Both the position numbers and the translations under genes were made by a program. The notes under the pieces were generated by a model. It worked only from the letters and a program-made list of their open reading frames with translations. It made no database searches and was not told the origin of the DNA. Positions 26,871 through 41,698 of a stretch of 64,000 nt of DNA are shown here, piece after piece. Origin of the DNA: Camelus ferus (taxonomy: Eukaryota); assembly GCF_009834535.1 (NCBI RefSeq), contig NC_045696.1:56918001-56982000 (forward strand). The letters are read 5' to 3'. The number at the start of each line of letters is the position of its first letter. Within the stretch, counting starts at the first letter, position 1.

Positions 26871-27029
26871 GTATCCTTAATTTTTGGTTCATTATTTGCT
26901 ATATTATTACCAATTACATTTCCTTAAATATTCAGGTAAGTGAAGTATTTATGACCAAATAGTTTATTGTTTCTTTAGAAATGAATAACCCACATCAGCA
27001 AATTTACTGGCATATTTTTAATGCCTGTG

Positions 27030-30000
27030 AGATAAGTATTGATGTCTCTTTTAAAAATACCTGATATTGGTAATTTGTGTCTTCTCTTTTTTCTTGGTTA
27101 GTCTGGCTAGAAGCTTATCAATTGTACTAATTTACAAAAATGAACTTTTTGTTTTACTGCTTTTCTGTATTATTTTCCTATATTTTATTTCATTGAGTCT
27201 TTGATCTTTTTTATTTCTTTTCTCTTGATTAACATTGGGTTTAATTTTATCTTATTTATCTAGTGTTTTAAGGTAGAAACTGAGGTCACTGATTTGAGAA
27301 CTTTCTTCTTTTCCAGTTTTTACCTGTAGGGCTGTAAATTTCCTCCCAAATTGTGTTTTAGTGTCATCCCATTTTTTTACACTAAACTTTTAATTTTGAG
27401 ATAATTGTAGATTTAACTGTAGCTGTTAAGAAGTAACATAGAGGAGTTCCATGTACTCTTCATCAATTACCCCCAATAGTAACATCTTATAAAATTATAG
27501 TATAATATCACAACTAGAATATTGACATTGATATACTCAAGGTAAAGAACATTTCTATCACCACAAAGATTCCTCAGGTTGCCCTTTTATAGCCACATCC
27601 TGTCTCTCCAATTCTCCCACTCTCATCTTTGACTCCTGACAATCACTCATTTGTTTTTCATTTCAATAATTTTCTCACTTTAAAAATGTTATATAAATGG
27701 AATCATGCTGTATATAATCTTTTGAGATTGGCTTTTTTCATCCAATGTAATTCTCTGAATTCATCCAAGTTGTTGTGTGTATCAATAGTTCTTTTTTATT
27801 CTTAAGTAATATTTTATGGTATGGATGTACCACAGTTTGTTTAACCGTTCACTTATTGAAGGACATCTCAATTTCTAGTGTTTTGGCTATTATGATTTAA
27901 AAAGCTATGAACATTTGTGTATATACATTTGCGTACATATTTTTTTGTAAACATAAATTTTCATTTCTTTGGTATAAATACACAGCAGTACAGCTGCAGG
28001 GGCTTTATGATATTTGCATGTTTAGTTTTATGATAAGATCCCAAACCATTTTTCAGAGTGTAGCAGTTTTATATAACCACCAGCAGTGTATGAGTGATCC
28101 TGTATCTCTGCATTATTACCAGCATTTCATGTTATTGTAGCCATTCTGATTATTTTCTGGGGATATCTCATTGTGGTATTCCTGTATATTCTAGATACTA
28201 GTCTTTTGTCAAATATATGGTTTGCAGTTATTTTCTTCCAGTCTTTGACTTCTCTTTTCACCCTCTTAAGAGGACCTTTCAGAGTCCAGTTTATCAGTTT
28301 TTTTTCTTTATAGATTGTACTTTTTGGTACCACCTTTTAGAACTCTTTGCCTAACCTTAGATCTTAATTATTTTATTTTTTATAACAATTTCATAGTTAT
28401 ACAATTTATATTTAAATACAGGTTCCATTTTGAGTTAGCTTTTTATTTGTATTTGTCTGGTTTTGGTATTGGGGTAGTACTGGTGTCATAAAATGAACTG
28501 AGAAGGGTTCTCTGCACTTCTGTTTTCTGGAGGAGATTGTGTAAAATTGGTGTTAATTGTTTAAATGTTTGGAAGAATTTTCTAGTGAAAGTACCTGGGC
28601 CTGGGGATTATTTTATGAGATTTTATATTACAAATTCAATTTTTAAAATTAGTTATAGGTAAAATTTATATGGAATCACAAAAGACTCAGAATTGCCAAA
28701 GCAATACTGAAGAAAAAGAAGGAAGCTGTAGGAATAACCCTCCCAGGCTTCAGATAATACTACAGAGCTATAGTAATCAGAACAGCATGGTATTGGCACA
28801 AAAACAGACACATGGATCAATGGAACAGAATACAGAGCCCAGAAATAAAACCACAGACTTATGGTCAATTAACCTTCAACAAAGGAGGCAAGAACATACA
28901 ATGGAGTAAATACAATCTCTTCAGCAAATGGTGTTGGAAAAACTGGACAGCAGCATGTAAATCAGTGAAATTAGAACAGTCCTTCACACCATACACAAAA
29001 ATAAACTCAAAATGGCTTAAAGACTTAAACATAAGAAAAGACATTATAAATATCTTTGAAGAAAATAGGCAAAACATTTTCTAACATAAATCTTAGCAAT
29101 AATCTCCTAGGGCAGTCTACCCAGACAATAGAATTAAAAGCAAAAATAAACAAATGAGACCTAATTAAACTTAAACTTTCACACAGCAAAGGAAATCATA
29201 AGCAAAACAAAAAGACAACCTTCAGAATGGGAGAAAATTTTTGCAAATGATGAGACTGATAAGGGCTTAATTTCCAGACTATATAAACAGCTCATACAAC
29301 TTAATAATAAAAAAACAAACAACCCAATCCAAAAATGGGCAGAAGACCTAATCAAGCAATTCTCCAGTGAAGACATACAAATGGCCAATAGGCACATGAA
29401 AAAATGCTCAATATTGCTAATTATCAGAGAAATGCAAATCAAAATTATTATGACGTATTACCTCACACCAGTCAGAATGGCCATCATTCAAAAGTCCACA
29501 AATAATAAATGCTGGAGAGGGTGTGGAGAAAAGGAAATCCTTACTATAGTGTTAATGGGAATGTAGTTTGGTGCAGCTGTTATGGAAAACAGTAGGAGAT
29601 TCCTCAAAAGACTAAAAATAGACTTACCATATGATCCAGCAATCCCACTCCTGGGCATAGATCTTTTAATTTGAAAAGAAACATGCACCCGTGTTCATAG
29701 CAGCACTATATATAATAGCCAAGACATGCAACCAACCTAAATGTCCATCAACAGATGACTGGATAAAGAAGAGGTGGTATATTTATACAATGGAATACTA
29801 CTCAACTATAAAAAAATAATAAAGTAATGCCATTTGCAGCAACATAGTTAGACCTGGAGATTGTCATTTAAGTGAAGTAAGCCAGAAAGAGAAAGAAAAA
29901 TACCATATGATATCACTTACATGTGGAATCTAAAAAAGAAAACAAATGAACTTATTTACAAAACAGAAACAGACTCATAGACATAGAAAAGAAACTTATG

Positions 30001-31742
30001 GTTAACAGGGGGTTAAGGGGATGGGAAGGGATAAATTGGGATTTTGAGATTTGCAGATACTAACTACTATATATAAAGTAGATAAACAGCAACCTTCTGT
30101 ATAGCATAGGGAACTATATTCAATATCTTGTAGTAACCTATAGTGAAAAGTATGAAAATGAAAAAAAATTAGTTATAGGACTATTTTAGTTTTCTATTTT
30201 ATCCGTTAAATTTGAATAGTTTGTAGCCAGTCTTACTAGTGGTTTATAAATTTTACTGATATTTTTAAAGAACCAGCATTTTGTTTAATTGATTTTGTTT
30301 TATTTTCAATCTCTTCTGTATTATCTTTATTTTTCCTTTATTCACTTTTCATTGAGTTTATTTTGCTCTTTTTCCCCAGTTTTTTGAACCTAAGTTACTG
30401 ATTTGATACCCTCTTTTCTATGGTATATATCTGGTGTTTTTCTTCTCTCAGCACTCTTTAACTGGATCCCATAAATTTTGATATATGTATTTGAATTTTC
30501 ATTTAGTTATATATAGTTTTAAAAATTCCTTCAAAGCTTCTTTGAGCCATGAATTACTTAGAAGTATTTTAATTAATTGACAAGTGTTGGAATTTTTCTT
30601 GTTATTGATTTCTAGTTTGATGTTATTAGGGTCAGAAAACCCACTCTTTATGATTTAACTTCTTTTAAATTTGTTAAGATTTGTTCTGTGGCCTAGGGTA
30701 TGATCTATCTTGGTGAATATTCTATCTATAGACTCTGGAAAAACATATCCATTCTTTTCTTGTTGATGGAATGTTTTATATGTATCAACTAGATATTGTT
30801 GGTTGATTGTGTTGTTGAGTTCTATATTCTTGCTAATTTTCTGTTTGATAATTCTATCAAATTCTGAGTGGAGTGAATTAGGATATCCAGCTCTAGTTTT
30901 GGATGTATTTATCTCTCTTTCCAGCTTCATTTGTTTTTACTTTCTGTATTTTGAGACTTTGTAATTTTTGTACACACATTTAGGATTATTATGTCTTCCT
31001 GATTGATTAATCCCTTTACCATTGTGTAATGTCTTCATTTAATTTCAGTAATTTTCTTTGCTCTGAAACTGACTTTATCTGATATTAGTATAGCCATTCC
31101 TACTTTTTCTTTTAAAGTAACATTTGCATGGTATATCTATTTCCAATCTTTTACTTTAAACTTGTGTCATTGTATTTGAAGTGAGTTCATTATAGACAGT
31201 ATATTTTTGGATCATTTTATTTCTCTTTAATTGAGGTGTATTTGACATATAACATTATATTAGGTTCAGATGTACAACATAATAATTCAGTATCTGTATA
31301 TATTGTAAAATGACAACTAAAGTATGTCTACTTAACATGCATCACCACATGTAGTTACAAAAAAATTTTCTTCTGATGAAAACTTTTGAGATTACTCTCT
31401 TAGCAACTTTCAAATATATTATGGAGTATTATTAATTCTAGTCATGATGCTGTGCATTACATCCTCAGATTTTATTTATTTTATAATGGAAGTTTGACCT
31501 TTTAAGCATTTACTGAGTCTGTCCACCCCACATCTTCCACCTTTGGCAACCACCAATCTGCTCTCTGTATTTATGTGTTTAGTGTTTTTGTTTGTTTGTT
31601 TTTGGGATTCCACTTACAAGTGAGATCATACAGTATTTCTTTCTCTGTCTGACTTATTTTAGTCAGCATAATGCCTTCAGTGTCCATCTGTGTTGTTGCA
31701 AATGACAGGATTTCATTCTTTTAATGTGGATGAGTAACATTC

Positions 31743-31775
<33 letters not shown>

Positions 31776-33640
31776 TATATACACACACACACATTACACA
31801 CACATATCTACATATATATATTATACCACATTTTCTTTATCCATTCATCCATCAGTGGACACTTTGGTTGTTTCCATATCTTGACTATTGTTTCCATATC
31901 TTGACTATTGTAAATAATGCTGCAATGAACATGGGAGTATAGATACCTTTTTGAGTTAGGTTTTTGTTTACTTATGATAAATACCCAGAAGTAGAATTGC
32001 TGGATCGTATGTTAGTTCTCTTTTAGCTTTTTGAGGAACTTTCATACTGTTTTTCATAGTACCTGCACCAGTTTACATTTTTACTAACAGTGCACAAGTG
32101 TTCCCTTTTCTCTACATCCTTGTTAACACTTGTTTTTTTCTTGCCTTTCTGATAATAGCCATTTTAACCTATGTAAGGTATGATAGCTCATTGTGGTTTT
32201 GATTCGCATTTCCCTGATGATTAGTAATATTGGGTACCTTTTCATGTACCTCTTTGCCATCTGTATGTCTTCTTTGGAAAAATAGCTATTCAGAGCCTCT
32301 GCCAATTTTTTACTTGAATTGTTTGCTTTTTTGCTGTTGAGTTGTATGATTTGGGTAATGCCAGAATTTGTTTTTAGCCTCTCTTCTTCTCAATCCTTTG
32401 ATTGGGAGAACATCCTTTTCTTGGATTTTTTTGTCTTTTTTTTTTTTTTTGCCTGTGCTAGTTGATGGTCCTGGATTGGAGACTTTTGCAGTGCCCTGTC
32501 CAGAGTATATAGGACACAATAAGGAAACTCAAGGAACTCACTGCTGAGGCAACTCAAGTCCTGAGGTGCCTGAGCATTCCTCCTCCTTTTTATCTCAGAA
32601 TTTCCTTGTACTTGTTTGTATTATTATCTCCAGGGTTTTTGTTTTTGTATTTAGTTGTAAGAGACAGAAACTGAGAGGAATGGGGCTATTCCTTCTTGGC
32701 AGAATTATAATTCTCCATCCCTAAATTTTCATATGTTGTGTTTTCCTTCCATTCAGCTTAAACTATTTTCTAATTTCTGCTTGATTTCTTTTCTTTACTA
32801 ATGGGCTACTTATACGTGTTTCATTTAGTTTACAAATACGAGAGATTTTTCTAGAGATCTTTTATTGATTTATAATTTAATTCCATTGTGATTAGAGAAT
32901 ATACCTTATATGACCTGAATCCTCTTAAATTAATTGAAGATTGTTTTATGGCCCTGCCTATGGTCTATCATGATAAATGTTAAATGTGCATTTGAAATAA
33001 ATGTATATACTGCTGTTGTTGGGTGGATTTTTCTGTAAATATCATAGGTAAAATTGATTGGTAGTGTTATTCAAATCTTTATTTGTGCTGATTTCTATCT
33101 ATTTCTATCTATTACTGAGAGAATGGTATTGAAATCTTCCACTATAATTCTAGACTAATCTGTTTATCCTTGCAGTTCTATTAGTTTTGTTTTATTTCAT
33201 GTATTTTGAAGATCTGCTATTAGCTGTATGAACAGTTAAGATTGTTAAGTTCTTTTGATGAATTGACTCTTGAAATGGTTTGGTTTGCTCTGCTTTTGTT
33301 TCACATCATGCAATATTAGGTTATTGAAATGAGTTTGTTTTTGTATAGATGCTTACAGCTCTGAATTTCTATTTAAGAACTGCTTTGCCTGTATCCCTGT
33401 GTTTTATTATGTTGTGTTTTCATTTTAACTCATCTAAAATTATTACCTTGTGACTTCTTTGACCTATTGGGTACTTAGGGACCTACTGGTTATTTAGGGA
33501 TGTGTTCTTTAATTTGCATATATTTGTGAATTTCCCAAGTTTCTTTCTGTTACTGATTTCTAACTTCACTCCATTGTGGTCAGAGAACATAATTTATATG
33601 ATTTCAATCCTTCTAAATGTATTGAGGCTTGTTTTATGCC
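27030..33640 (-). mobile_element. Cluster of nested old antisense L1 fragments
   Basis: ORF2 remnants (e.g. FTKIDHTLGHRTNLNKFKR) and distinct 3' ends starting near 27370 and 31225. Boundaries approximate. Confidence 0.75.
28660..30164 (+). mobile_element. 5'-truncated L1, sense to the host gene
   Basis: Perfect 15-bp TSD aaaattagttatagg at 28645-28659 and 30165-30179, at a TTTT/AA site. ORF2 C-terminal remnants. Confidence 0.95.
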
Positions 33641-33649
33641 CTATCTGGT

Positions 33650-36600
33650 TTCAACTTCTACATAAAGGAGATTGGAAGTTATCACTCCCATCCTTACAAA
33701 AATAAAATGTTAGTCAAACCTAAAATCAACAACTTTTCCTGGACCTATTAGAGAAATAGGGCTGCAGGGCATACCTCCAACCCAAAATCTGGAGAAAACA
33801 GCAAATCTAGAGAGTCACAGCTGTTACAGAAGCTGCTGGAGCCGTATGTTGGTAGGGAACACGCAAATGATGATTTTTTTCCCCCCAAATTGTTGGATGC
33901 TGAATGTGTGGCTGACATGAAAGCAAGAAACTCCTGGGGGCCAAAGTGTTAGGGGAAGCCCTGTACTTTCATGGGTTTTACCTCCAGGAAATATACCATG
34001 TTCTCAAGGTAAGGATCTGGGAAAGATCCCCTCAGGGCTCTGAAAAGGGGAGAATAAGAATCATTGTGAAATAACCCCAGAGTATTTTACATAACAAAGA
34101 CCTGTTTTCCTGGAGGAGAAACTTTACAGGAGCCTTATCCCGGTGAGAGGAAGGCCATTTCTCCAACTTTAGCCCCTTTAGCCTACATGTCTCTCCGATG
34201 TGAGGGAAAAGACTGTTCTCCTTGAGAAATACTTGTGAAGGTCACATTTCAGGCACACAGGCTGAGATTTAATCAAAATATTATTGAACACGTCCCCTCT
34301 TCAAATCTTATCACAACACTAACCAGGCTCCAGTATAATAACAGATTTAGATGCACTCAGAAGGAATAGAAAAGTCTGAAGTCAAGAGAAGAGATAAAAA
34401 CAAAGATATTACAAAGACAGACAGAGAAAGATAAATTTTACATGATATCACTTATATGTGGAATCTGAAAAATAGTACAAATGAATTTATTTATAAAACA
34501 GAAGCAGACTCTCAGACATAGAAAACAAATTTATGATCACCAAAGGGAAAGGGGAGGAGGGGTAAATTAGGATTAGGGGATTAACAGATACATACTACAT
34601 ACATATATATATAATGAATACATAACAATGACCTACTGTATAGCATAAGGAACTACATTTAATATCTTATCATAAGCTATAATGGAAAATAATTTTAAAA
34701 AGTATATATGTATATATGTAAAACCAAATTAATTTGCTGTGCACCTGAAACTAACACAATGCCATAAATCAACTGTATTTCAATACAAAACTGAAAAAAA
34801 AAACACTAGAGAAATTGGAAGTTTCTGACATATATAGCTACAGAAAACATCAAATACTCAGATTAACATGAATGCCCACACTAAGGGCCATTTGCCTCAG
34901 TTATTGTTAACATATTGAAACATGTCTGACTTTTAACAAAAAAATTGCAGGGCATTCCAAAAACAATAAAAAATGCAGTCTAAGCAGGAATAAGAAATAC
35001 ACTCTAAACAGATAAAGAAAGCGTGATAACCAACTCAACTATGATGCAGATTATGGAATTATTAGATAAGGAATTTAAAATTACTGTGATTACTATGCTA
35101 AGAGCTCTCATGTAGACATTAGTTAACATGTCTAGAAGTTGACAACATGTAAGATGGGTAATGTAAACAGAGAGATGAAAACTCTTAAGAAATATTCAAA
35201 AAGAAATGCCAGAAATCAAAAACACTGCAGAAATGAAGAATACCTTGGATGAGCTTATCAATAGACCAGACTTGGGCAAGAACATTGGGTTTGAAGATAA
35301 GTCAGTAGAAATTTCCCAAATGGAAAAGTAGAGAGAGAAAATAATTGAAGAAAAAGCACAATGAGTATCCAAGAACTGTGTTAACAATTTCAAAAGATAT
35401 AAAGCAAATGTTAGTGGACTACCAGAAAGAGGAGAAAGAGTGAGAAGAACAGAACTATATTTGAAGTAAAGGTGGCTGAGAACTTTTCAGAATTAATAAT
35501 AGACACCAAATCACAGATCAAGGAATCTCAGAGAACACCAAAAAGGATAAAAACAAAAGAGAGAACTGCACAAGACATGTAATATTTACTGTAGATAAGC
35601 TAATACAAAGAGAAGATGTTGAAGGAAGCCATAAGAAGGAAAATGCCTTACTATTACAGGAACAAGGATAAGAATTACAGTGGACTCTTCTTTGGAAACC
35701 ATGTAAGCAAGAAGAGAGTAGAGTGAAATATATAAAGTGTTGAAAGAAAAAGCCAGCAACATATTATTCTATATCTAGGAAATTATTTTTCACAAGTGAA
35801 GTAGAAACCCTGAAAATTTCAAAAAAATTGTTAAAACTTATAAATGAATCCAACAGAGCTGCAGGATATAAAATCAACATGCAAAAACCCCCAAATGTTT
35901 CTGTACATTAACAATGAACAATCTGCAAAGGAAATTAAGAAAACAATTCCGAGTGCAATAACATCAAAAAGAATAAAACATTTAGTAATAAATTTAACCA
36001 AGGAGACAAAAGACTTGTACACTGAGAACTACAAAATGTTTCTGAAAAAAATTAAGACCTCAATAAATAGAAAGACATCCTATGTTCATGGGTTAGCAGA
36101 CTTAATATTGTTATGTTGTTGGTACTTTCAAAGTGATCTAGAGTCAGTGCAATCCCTATAAACTCAATGAAACTCTTTTCAGAAATAGAAAAATACCACC
36201 CTAAATTTCACATAGAATTTCCCAGGACCCCAAATAGTTCAAAGAGTCTTGAAAGAGAACAGAGTTGGAGGTCTCACACTTCCTGATTTTGAAACTTAAT
36301 ACAGAGCCATGGTGATCAAACCAGTGTGGTAATAGCGCAAAGACAGGACATATATACCAATGAAATAGAATAGAGAGCCCAGAATTAAACCCTTGTGTAC
36401 ACAGTCATGATTTTTGACAGGAGTGCCAAAACCATTGAATAGGAAAAGGACAAGGTCAACAAATGGTGTTGGGAAAACTAGATATCCACATGCAAAATAA
36501 TAGAGTTGGAACCTTACCTTATACCACATACAAAAATTAACTCAATATGGATCAAAGACCTAAGTGTGAAAGCTAAATCTATAAAAACTCTTAGTGAAAA

Positions 36601-37270
36601 CACAGGAAGAGTTCATGACTTTGGATTTTGCAATGATTTTTGGATATGACGTCCAAAGCATAGGCAACCAAAGAACAAAATACATACATTAGAACTCTTC
36701 AATATTAAAACTTCTGTGCATCAAAGGACCTTAGTAACAGTGAAAAGGCAACCTATAGATTGAGAGAAAATATTGACAAATCATATATTTGATAAGGGAT
36801 TGAAATCAGAATATGTAAAGAACTCCTACAACTTAACAACAAAAACCAAACCCAGTTTAAAAATAGGCAAAGGACTTGAATAGGTATTTCTCCAAGAAGA
36901 TATACAAATAGCCATTAAACATATGAAAAGATGCTCAACATTAGGGAAATGCAAATCAAAACCACAATGAAATACCACTTCATACTCATTAGGATAGCTA
37001 TTATTTAAAAAGTTTTACATGTACCTATATATGGTGGTATATTATTCAGCCTTATAATGAAAGAAAATTTTGATGCGTGCTGCAACATGATTGGACCTAA
37101 AAGACATGTTTAGTGAAAGAAGTCAGTTACAAAAGGACATATGTTGTATGATTTAATTACATGAAATTCCTTAAGTAGTGCAGTTCATAGAGACAGAAAC
37201 TAGAATGGTGACTACCAGGGCTGGGGAGGGAGAATGGAATGGAGAGTTACTGTTTAATGGGTACAAGCAG
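33650..37270 (+). mobile_element. Old sense-oriented L1 (5' region/ORF1 remnant, deleted ORF2, 3' end) with a nested L1 3' end at ~34410-34803
   Basis: ORF1-like remnants at 35000-35800, ORF2 remnants from 35800 (INLTKETKDLYTENYK), L1MB-like 3' end. Confidence 0.7.
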
Positions 37271-37432
37271 TTTTAGAAGAAATAAAGGTAAATTAGAATC
37301 TCTTATTTTTTCTTATTCTTTTTTTAATTGATATATAATTGACATACGACATTGTATAAATTTGGGATATACAGTGTGCTGATACATTTGCATATTGCTA
37401 TATGATTACCAATATAGTATTAGCTAACATCT

Positions 37433-37852
37433 TGTTGGTTCCCAGCCTCAGAATCTCCCCAGGTAAAATTCAAAACTGATCTCCATAAACAGAGGGCAAG
37501 GAAAGGCCAAAGAAAGAGGCAGACCACTCCAGATTGGTAGGTTGCAGTTTTAATCAGCAAGGCAATTAATATACAAGGCTTGTTTTCGGAAGGCTGAGAG
37601 ACTGGTAAATGACCACAGTGGTCCACCAGAATCTTGAAAGTTTACATAGAGGCCTTAGCTGGATTCATTCATGTGTTCAGTCTGGATGGTCTCAACAATA
37701 CATTACTCTTTCAAAACTGCATCTCTGAAATGGCTACTAGAATGGGACTTGTAGTTAGACTGTATATTCCAAGGACAGGGGGAGGGCTGTGGAGCCTCTA
37801 AATGCTTGGGTAAACTAGTGGTCTCATTCTCTTGATGACCTCCTCCAAAACA
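37433..37852 (-). mobile_element. Solo ERV LTR (~420 bp) inserted in an L1 3' UTR
   Basis: TGTTGG...CCAAAACA termini, flanks catct/cctct, host L1 resumes on both sides, ATTAAA on the minus strand. Confidence 0.75.
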
Positions 37853-38270
37853 CCTCTGTCATATCCCATAATTACTTTTTATTTTTGTGGTGAGAACATT
37901 TGAGATCTAGTTTCTTCACAACTTTGAAGTATATAATACAGTAATTTTAACTATAGTGACAATGTTGTACACTAATCTCTGGAACTTAATCATCTTCTAC
38001 AGTATTTTTCTTTGACTTATCCCACTTAGCATAATGCCCTCAGAGTCCATCTATGTTGTTGCAAATGGCAGGACTTCCTTCTTTCTCATGGCTGAATAAT
38101 ATTCTATTGTCCGTGTGTGTGTATGTGTGCATAAATACCATGTTTTCTTTATCTATTAATCTGTTGATAGGCACACAGTTTGTTTCCATGTCTTGGTTCT
38201 TGTAATAATGCTGCAGTGAGCATGGTGGGGGTACAGATATGTCTTTGAGAGAGTGATTTCATTTCCTTAG

Positions 38271-38298
38271 TATATATATATATATATATATATATATA
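38271..38298. repeat. (TA)n microsatellite
   Basis: About 14 TA units. Confidence 0.92.
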
Positions 38299-41200
38299 CC
38301 CAGAAGTAGAATTACTGGATCATGTGGTATCTCAATTTTTTATCTTTTGAGGAACCTCCATACTGTTTCCCATAACAGCTGTACCAATTTACATTCCCAC
38401 CAACAGTGCAAAAGTGTTCCCTTTTCTCCACATCCTCTCCCACACTTGTTATCTCTTGCCTTTTTGATGACAGTCATTCTAACAAGTGTAGTTTAGATAT
38501 GCATTTCCTTGATGATTAGTGATGTTGAGCATCTTTTCATGTACTTGTTGGCCATTTGTATATCTTCTTTGGAAAAATGTCTGTTCAGGTCCTTTGCCTT
38601 TTATTTTTTTGTTATTGAGTTGTATTATTTTTTGTATATTTTGGATATTTACCTCTTACCTGATAAGTTTTGCAAATATTTTCTCCCATTCTATAGGTTG
38701 CTTCTTCATTCTGTTGATTGTTTCTATTTCTGTACAGAACTTTTTAGTTTGATATAGTCCCACTTGTTCATTTTTGCTTTTGTTGCTTGTGGGGTTTTTT
38801 TTGGCCTATCAAAGAAAGCATTTACAAAGCCAATGTCAAGGAGATTTTTGCCTATGTTTTCTTCTAAGAGTTTTATAGTTTTAGGTATTACATTTAAGTC
38901 ATTAATTTATTTTGAGTTACTTTTGTGAGTGGTGTAAGATAGGTGTCCATTTCATTCTTTTGCATGAGAATATTTATTTCTATGTATAGAAAACACCCAA
39001 CAGAATTTATTGAAGATACTATCCTTTCCTCATTGTATATTCTAGGATCCCTTGTCAAATATTAGTTTACTCTATATGTGTAGGTTTATTTCTGGTCTCC
39101 TGATTCAGTTTCATTGGTCTTTGTGTTTGTTTCTGCCTCAGTATCATACTGTTTTTGTTACTGTAGCTTTGTGATATAGTTTGAAATCAAGAAGTGTGAT
39201 GCCTCCAGCTTTGTTATTCTTTCTCAGGATTGGTTTGGCTGCTTGGGATCTTTTGTGGTTCCATACAAATTTTAGGATTTTTTCCCATTTATGTAAAAAA
39301 AAGTCTCTGTAATTTTAATAGGGATTGCAATGAATATATACATGGCTTTGAATAGAATAGACATCTTAACAATATTAATTCTTCCAATCCATGAACACAG
39401 AATACCTTTCCATTTGTTTGTGTCTTCTACAATTTCTTTCATCAATATTTTACAGTTTTTATTGTATGGATCTTTCACTTTCTTGGTTAAATTTATCCTT
39501 AAGTATTTTGTTTTTGTTATTATTGTATATGGTATTATACTGTTTTTTTTTTCTTTCTGATATTTTGTTGTTAGTGTATAGGAATTCAACTGATTTTTGT
39601 ATGTTGATTTTTGTATCAACAAAAATTTTACTTAATTCATTTATTAGTTCTAACAATTTTGATCATATCTTTAGGGCTTTCTGAATATAATATCATGTCA
39701 CATGCAAACAGACAATTTTATTTCTTCCTTATATTATTTAGATGCCTTTTATTTCTTTTTCTTGCCTAATTGCTCTTCTTAAGACTTCGAGTACTATGTT
39801 GAAAAGGAGTGTTGGGAGAGAGCACTGTTGTTTTCTTCTTGATTTTAGAGGGAAACTTTTCAGCTTTACATCATTGAGTATGATAGCAGCTGTTGGTTTG
39901 TCATATACAGCCTTTATTTGTTAAGGTATGTTCCCTTTACACCCAATTTGTTGAGAGCTTTTATCCTGAAAGAGTATTGAATATTGTCAAATGATTTTTC
40001 TGCATCTTCTAGTGGATCATGTGATTTTTATCCTTCATTTTGTTAATATGGAGTTGATTTGTATATATTGAACTATACTTGCACTCAGGGATTAATCCTA
40101 ATTAATCATGGTATCTAAATTAGTTTAATGTGTTGTTGCATTCAGTTTGCTAGAATATTGTTGAGAATTTTTGCATCTATGTTCTTCAGGGATTATTGTC
40201 AAGTAGTTTTATTTTCTTGTGCTGTCCTTGTCTGGTTTTGATATCAGGGTAATGCCTATACCAAACTAAGTTTGAGGGTACTTCCTTCCTCTTCAATTTG
40301 AGAAGATTTGAGGAATTCTGGTATTTACTTTTTAAATGTTTGGTGGAATTCAACAATGAAACCATCTGGTCCTGGGCTTTTCTTTGTTGGGAGGTTTTTG
40401 ATTATTGCTTCAATCTCCTCAGATTGTTAGTCTGTTCAGAATTTCTGTTTCTTCATGATTCATTCTGGGTATAGTTTACATTTAGGAATTTATCCATTTA
40501 TTTTAGTTTATCCAATTTGTTGATGTATAATTGTTCATAGTAGCCTCTTAAGATTCTTTGTATTCTCTGGAGCCAAGTGTCATGTCTCTTCTTCAATTTA
40601 TACATTTAAGTCTTCTCTCTTTTTTCTTAGTCTAGCTAAAGGTTTGTCAATTTTCTTTATCTTTTCAAAGAACCCTGTCTTAGTTTCAGTGATTTTTTTT
40701 TTCTATTTTCTTTCTTATATCTATTTATTTCCACCCTGACCTTTTTATTTCCTTTTTAAAAAAATAACTTTGGTCTTAATTTATTCTTTTTCTAATTCCT
40801 TGAGGTGTAAAGTTAGGTTATTTATTTGAGATACTTTTTCTTAATGTAGGCACTTGCTGCTATAAACTTTCCTCTTTAAAGAATTGTTTTTTCTGCATCC
40901 AGTATGTTTTGTTTTCATTTTCACTTGTCTCACAATACTTTGTTTTCCATTTTGATTTCTTCTTTGACCTGTTGGTTGTTCAGGATTGTGTTGTTTGACT
41001 TCCATGTGTTTGTGAATTTTAGTTTTTTTCCTATTAATTTCTAATTTAATACCATTGTGGTCACAAAAGATACTTGATATGATTTCAGACTTCTTACTTT
41101 ATGTCCCAGTGTATGATCTATCCTGGAGAATGTTCTGTGTGCTTAAGAAGAATCTGTATTCTGGTGCTGTTAGATGGAATGTTCTATATATGTCTGTAAG

Positions 41201-41591
41201 GTCCATTTTGCTTATAGTGTTATTCAGGTCCATGTTTCCTTATTCTGACTGCCAGTGTTGAAAGTGGGGTATTTAAGTTCCCTACTATTGCTGTCATTTT
41301 CTTCCTTTAGTTCTGCTAATATTTGCTTCAAATATTTAGGTCCTCTGGTATTGGATATGCATACATTTATAATTGTTATATCTTCTTGATGAATTGACCC
41401 CCTTTTCATTGTATTGTTGACCGTTTTCCCTTGTGACTGATTGTGACTAAAAGTTAACTTCTCTGACACAAGTTTAGGCACTTCTGCTCTCTTTTGGTTG
41501 CCATTTGCATGGAATATCTTTTTCCATCCCTTCAATTTCAGCCTATATGTGTTGATAAAGCTAAAGTGAGTCTATTGTAGATAGCATATTG

Positions 41592-41698
41592 TTTTTTTTA
41601 AACATTTTTTATTGATTTATAATCATTTTACAATGTTATGTCAAATTTTTTAAACATTTTTTATTGATTTATAATCATTTTAAAATGTTGTGTCAAAT
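41592..41698 (-). mobile_element. Two tandem ~52-bp copies of the young L1 extreme 3' end
   Basis: Each copy matches 5745-5797. Flanked by TSD ttgtagatagcatattg / ttgtagacagcatattg. Confidence 0.9.

Noticed and set aside
41592..41698. CRISPR-like or prokaryotic system
   Set aside because: The window is mammalian intron DNA. The repeats are adjacent L1 tails without spacers, and there are no cas-like ORFs.
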